Source of the DNA: the human T2T-CHM13v2.0 reference genome, Homo sapiens
Length of the DNA stretch: 64,000 bases
Reading direction: 5' to 3' (one strand)
Assembly: GCF_009914755.1 (NCBI RefSeq)
Contig: NC_060925.1
Part shown: piece after piece, positions 59,561 through 64,000 of the stretch
How the letters are laid out: every line of letters begins with the position of its first letter
Numbering within the stretch: the stretch's first letter is position 1
Notes under the pieces: model-generated
Databases searched by the model: none
What the model saw: only the letters and a program-made list of their open reading frames with translations
What the model was told of the DNA's origin: nothing
Made by a program: the position numbers and the translations under genes

Positions 59561-62500
59561 TTGCAGATCAACTACTCAAACTACTAAATACATTTACCTG
59601 AGAAAAAGTCTCTGAGAGCACTTCATTCCTGTTTTAGTTCATGTAAATTCTCTGAGAATGTTCTGGAGATAGATAACTCATTTACAGTGGTTTCTATTAA
59701 CTAATTAAAGTACCCATGATTTTTTCCTTTTCTGCTCAGGGATGATGGAGATTTCCTTTTACCTTTTTTAATGGGGTAAATTTTTTAATGGGGAAAATAG
59801 GCCTTTTAAATATTATTGCCAGGGTCTGCAATATAACTTAAAATTCCTGTACATACTGCAAATATTTCTTTAAATTGCACAGGAAAATGAGCAAACTTTT
59901 TATTTCTTAATATCTTTGGCAAAAAACTTTAACCAGTAAGCAATTTTATAACCCTGAGGGATCATCAAAGATACTATCCTGATTCCTGGTAAGGAAAAAT
60001 ATATTATTTCCTTATAACAAGGCAAGGAGAAATGCTATTTTATTCCTGATAATTTATATAACTAGAATAATTTTTTTCCTTTCTTTTATGGACCTAAATC
60101 TGCCAATTGGGAATTTTGTGCATGAAATATGAAGTTACTTTTTATAGATAATCAGTGCTTTTAAGTCCCTAAAAGGCTCCTGCTGAAGTAATGATGATGT
60201 TAATAATAAAAGCCTTTGAAAGGCTGAAAACCTACATAGTGGTACCATAGTATTTGGAGCTTCTATAGGAGTGGAGAGGGGCAGCTCATTGTTGAGAGTT
60301 GCATGCTGCAACCTAATGGTCAGCAATGAAAGAAATACTTGTAGAATGTTCACTTCAGTGTGAAGTTTTGTTATCTAGTTAATTTATATACATATATCCT
60401 TTGTAGATACATTTCTATCTAATCTTGTTGAGCTAATTAAGAAATAAGGGGTGGGGTAATTGTCAACAAAGGGAGAAGAAAGTGGTTTAAGATCAGGGCA
60501 GCAGAAAAATTAGAGAACAAGAATATCATAATATGGCTCCTGGTTTTCTTTATAAGAGACAGTGGGAAGATCTGACTAGATGAAATGTATCATCAACCAA
60601 ACTGGCATCTAAAATAGAATGGGATAAATACTGTATGGGGTTATTGGAGGCATATTAAGAAAGGACACCTAATTTATTTTGGGAAGAAGTATGTTAAGAG
60701 AAGACTTTCTAGAGAAGGAGAATGGGGCATTCTAGGAAGAGTCAATGGCATGTGCAAAGGCATGAATAAAGACAGTGAGGCATATTTTGGAAATGTAACA
60801 GCTTGATTCAGCTTAGCCCATAGGGTAAGCATAGACAACAGAGGAGACTTGAGGAATGAGAACTAGATGGGTACACTATCATAAAGGGACTTGTCTATCA
60901 TGCTGAGGAGTTTAGACCATCTTAATGGTAGTGGCCAAGGATGGCATCAGATTTATAGTTTCAAGTGATCATAATATTGGCATAAAAGATATATTAGGGA
61001 GGAAGCCTGAAGTAGGGAGATGAAAATAAGGAGCCATCAAAGGCAGAATGAAACTTAGGCAGATTTCAAGTGATTTTCAAAAATGATGTGATCAGAGGTA
61101 CCAGATAATAACTATTACATAACACTTTCTTTGTTAGGAGCTTATTTCTCACACTGACCAAAGCTTTTGAAGTAAGTACTCTTTACACCACTATATAAAT
61201 AAACCTTACAAAGGATTCTGCTTTGAGGCATGAGAGAGTTAAGTCATTTGCCCAAAGTCACAGAGTTAGAAAGTAATAGAGCTAAGATTTGAACCTAGGC
61301 AGTTTGGCTCCAGAGTCTGTGCTCTTACACTATATTACCACCAAGAGGTCAAATAAATACCAAAGAATGTATTTTCGAATTTAACAATGAGGAACTTAAT
61401 CATACAGGCAGAAGTAATTCCAGAGCACCGGAGACAGAAGCCAGATTGCCATATGGGTTAAAGAGTGTGTAAACCACTAGGAAGTAAAGACATAGAACTA
61501 CTCTCACAAGTGCTTTTCTGGTTATTGTGACGCTGAACTTCATGGCTTGTTTTAATTAAGACATCTTACAAGTGTCAAAATTTGGAAATATTTGGACACT
61601 GTACACTCTGGTTATTTAAATATCTAACAGCGGTTCTTGAGCATTTTGAGAAACCTTTGAAAATCTGATGAAAGGTATGTGCCATTACTCTAGAAAAATG
61701 TTCCTGTGTACATGCACATCAAGTATCACATACTGTTTCAGGCTGTTCAAAGACTACAAAGTCTGTTCATGACCTAATGGTCCATGTTCCCTCAGTTAAG
61801 AGCTCCAGAGATAAAGGATGTGGAACTCAAAGGTAAGTACCCAGAGCCTTGAAAACTCCATTTGTGACTTGGAAGAATTCTACAATTTGAATTAACTTTG
61901 TGGAGAGAGATATATTTTTGAAAAATTGTGTGTACCCAAAAAATTTCATATCAAATAATATTTTCCTGTAGTGCATTCAAGGATCTGGTTCCACAGCAAA
62001 AAAATTGTTTTGGTCTCAGTTCCTCAAAATCACATTTAAGGAGCTTGAGATTTATATTTTCTACTTAATAAGTCTTACAAAAGCAAGTTAAGAAGGAAAA
62101 TGGACAATCATTTCTGCACATATAGGGTTTAATAAAACATGTATAATAAAATATCTCATATTTTAAATTTCCACCTTATTGGTAGCTTTCATGACAAAGG
62201 GCTAGGGTGCTGGTGGCCATACAATTAAGGTTTTTGGTTAGTTAGTTAGCAGAACTGACTGACTCCTACCTGGTGGGTGTTTCTTTTGTTTGTTTGTTTG
62301 GTTGGTTGGTTTTTTCCCAGATGGCTCAGGAGGAAGGTAAATAGCAGTCATTGTATGTGTGACAGAGTTTGAGATAGAATGAGCATATTGAATCTCACAT
62401 CCTGTTCTTATTACTGTCAGGCAGCGCTGACCTAGCAGTATAAAACTATCTGAAGCAATGTAGTCACTCAGTTCTCATAAAGTTTATTTCAAGTACTGTA

Positions 62501-63822
62501 ACAATTCATGTTTGGATTAGAAAAGTCACTAGAAATTTGACTTCCATATAGTAATCTATACTTTTTTCTCTCATTTCCTTCATTTTTTGAGCCGTAAGTG
62601 TAAGGCATTTTGGTGGTATTATTACAATGGTTATGAGGAGTTTCTTTGCTTGCCCAAGGTCACATAGCTAGCAAGTTAAAGTAGATTCAAATCCAGGCCT
62701 GCTAGATACCAAATTATTATTTAAGAGTACTTTTCACTACTCCTAAATAATGACACAGATATGTTTGTCTTACACATTTCACTTTATTGTCAAGTTATTA
62801 GTATGTTTATTTTCAAAAGGTATTTTTTGCAATTTCTTTTTATTATTCCGTACTTTTTAAATTTACTTCATTATCACGTCTTCCTTTATTCTTTTTAAAT
62901 AGTTTTTGCTTTTGTTATTTTGTTTTCCCTTTTTTACTCTTGGTTTGTAATACATCTTTCCTTATTTGCTCCTTTCTCATTTGATCTCAATGTTAATCCA
63001 ACTGTTTTCCACATCTGATTCACTAAAATTTTAGCCCTTAAAAAAAAATTCCTGTTTTTCCTATCTCCTCTTGCCCATTCTCTTCTCCTTGCCTCACTTC
63101 TTTTATCTTTTTCCATTTTACTTTCATTTTTTGTTTCTCTAGATGTTGTTTTGACATATGAGTTAATGTACTGGTACAATTTTGCATCTGTAAATTAGAG
63201 CTTCAGAATCAACTGAGTGTATTTATTCTTTATTTTTAGGCCTAAATTTATCTTACCTTTTATTGATTTTATAATATACTATACTCTTTCATTTTAGTCT
63301 GCATATGTTAGCCAAAGAAGATATGCCCCTGTTTTAAGAAATCTCTGTAAAAAATGTCAAGTGTGACAAGAATTCTTCAAGAAACAAGCTCCTCTAGTTT
63401 GTCTTCTATATTTAGAGCTTCAACAGTTACCTATATTACTGGTAACTCCCAAATATACCTTCAAACTTGTTTTTTGGGCCCAAGTTTTTTGCTTCATATA
63501 TATCTGTTTTGAATATCCCATAAATAATTGCATCTAAAGCATACCTCCACTCCATTGTTCTCACAGATAAAACCAAACCTGTGCTTCTTCTTATATTTCT
63601 AGTATTTAAGCGTCACCTGCCACCCCTTTACCTGAGCTACAAGTCACGCATTGCATTAGACTCCTCTGCTTTCTTCTTTCACCTCTAACTAGACTATTCA
63701 CCAAAAATTTTTAAATATAACTTTCAAAAGGTGGGGTTTTATTACATCATTTCCATCCTTTATGTTTGGGTTCGAGCCCTCATTAACTTTAACATGGATT
63801 CTTGGAGTACCCTCCTTACTGA

Positions 63823-64000
<178 letters not shown>

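Overview
Human (great-ape type) genomic DNA from the chr1q21/1p12 segmental-duplication mosaic. Left to right: (1) a GC-rich, LTR/Alu-dense block (about 1-15.1 kb) with a full-length U1 snRNA variant gene (3417-3580, minus; one change, C48U; PSE, octamer and 3' box present) and a tRNA-Asn(GTT) gene (10216-10289, minus; two non-consensus bases), each with a CpG-rich divergent flank; (2) an AT-rich old-repeat block (about 15.1-51.6 kb) with an intact, intronless cyclophilin-A retrocopy (PPIAL4 family, 35655-36149, plus) inserted in an L1 within an ERVL remnant; (3) a 5'-truncated SEC22B copy (exons 3-5 plus 3'UTR, from 52149, plus) with a nonsense codon in exon 4. From memory, this gene order and spacing fit the RNVU1-29 / PPIAL4H / SEC22B4P locus near NOTCH2NLA; that paralog assignment is unverified. 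Both block boundaries show rearrangement scars. The main hypothesis is that duplication put promoterless SEC22B and PPIAL4 sequence downstream of plus-strand promoters and splice donors borrowed from the U1 and tRNA genes, possibly yielding a longin-less mini R-SNARE. Repeat subfamily names are by eye and approximate.
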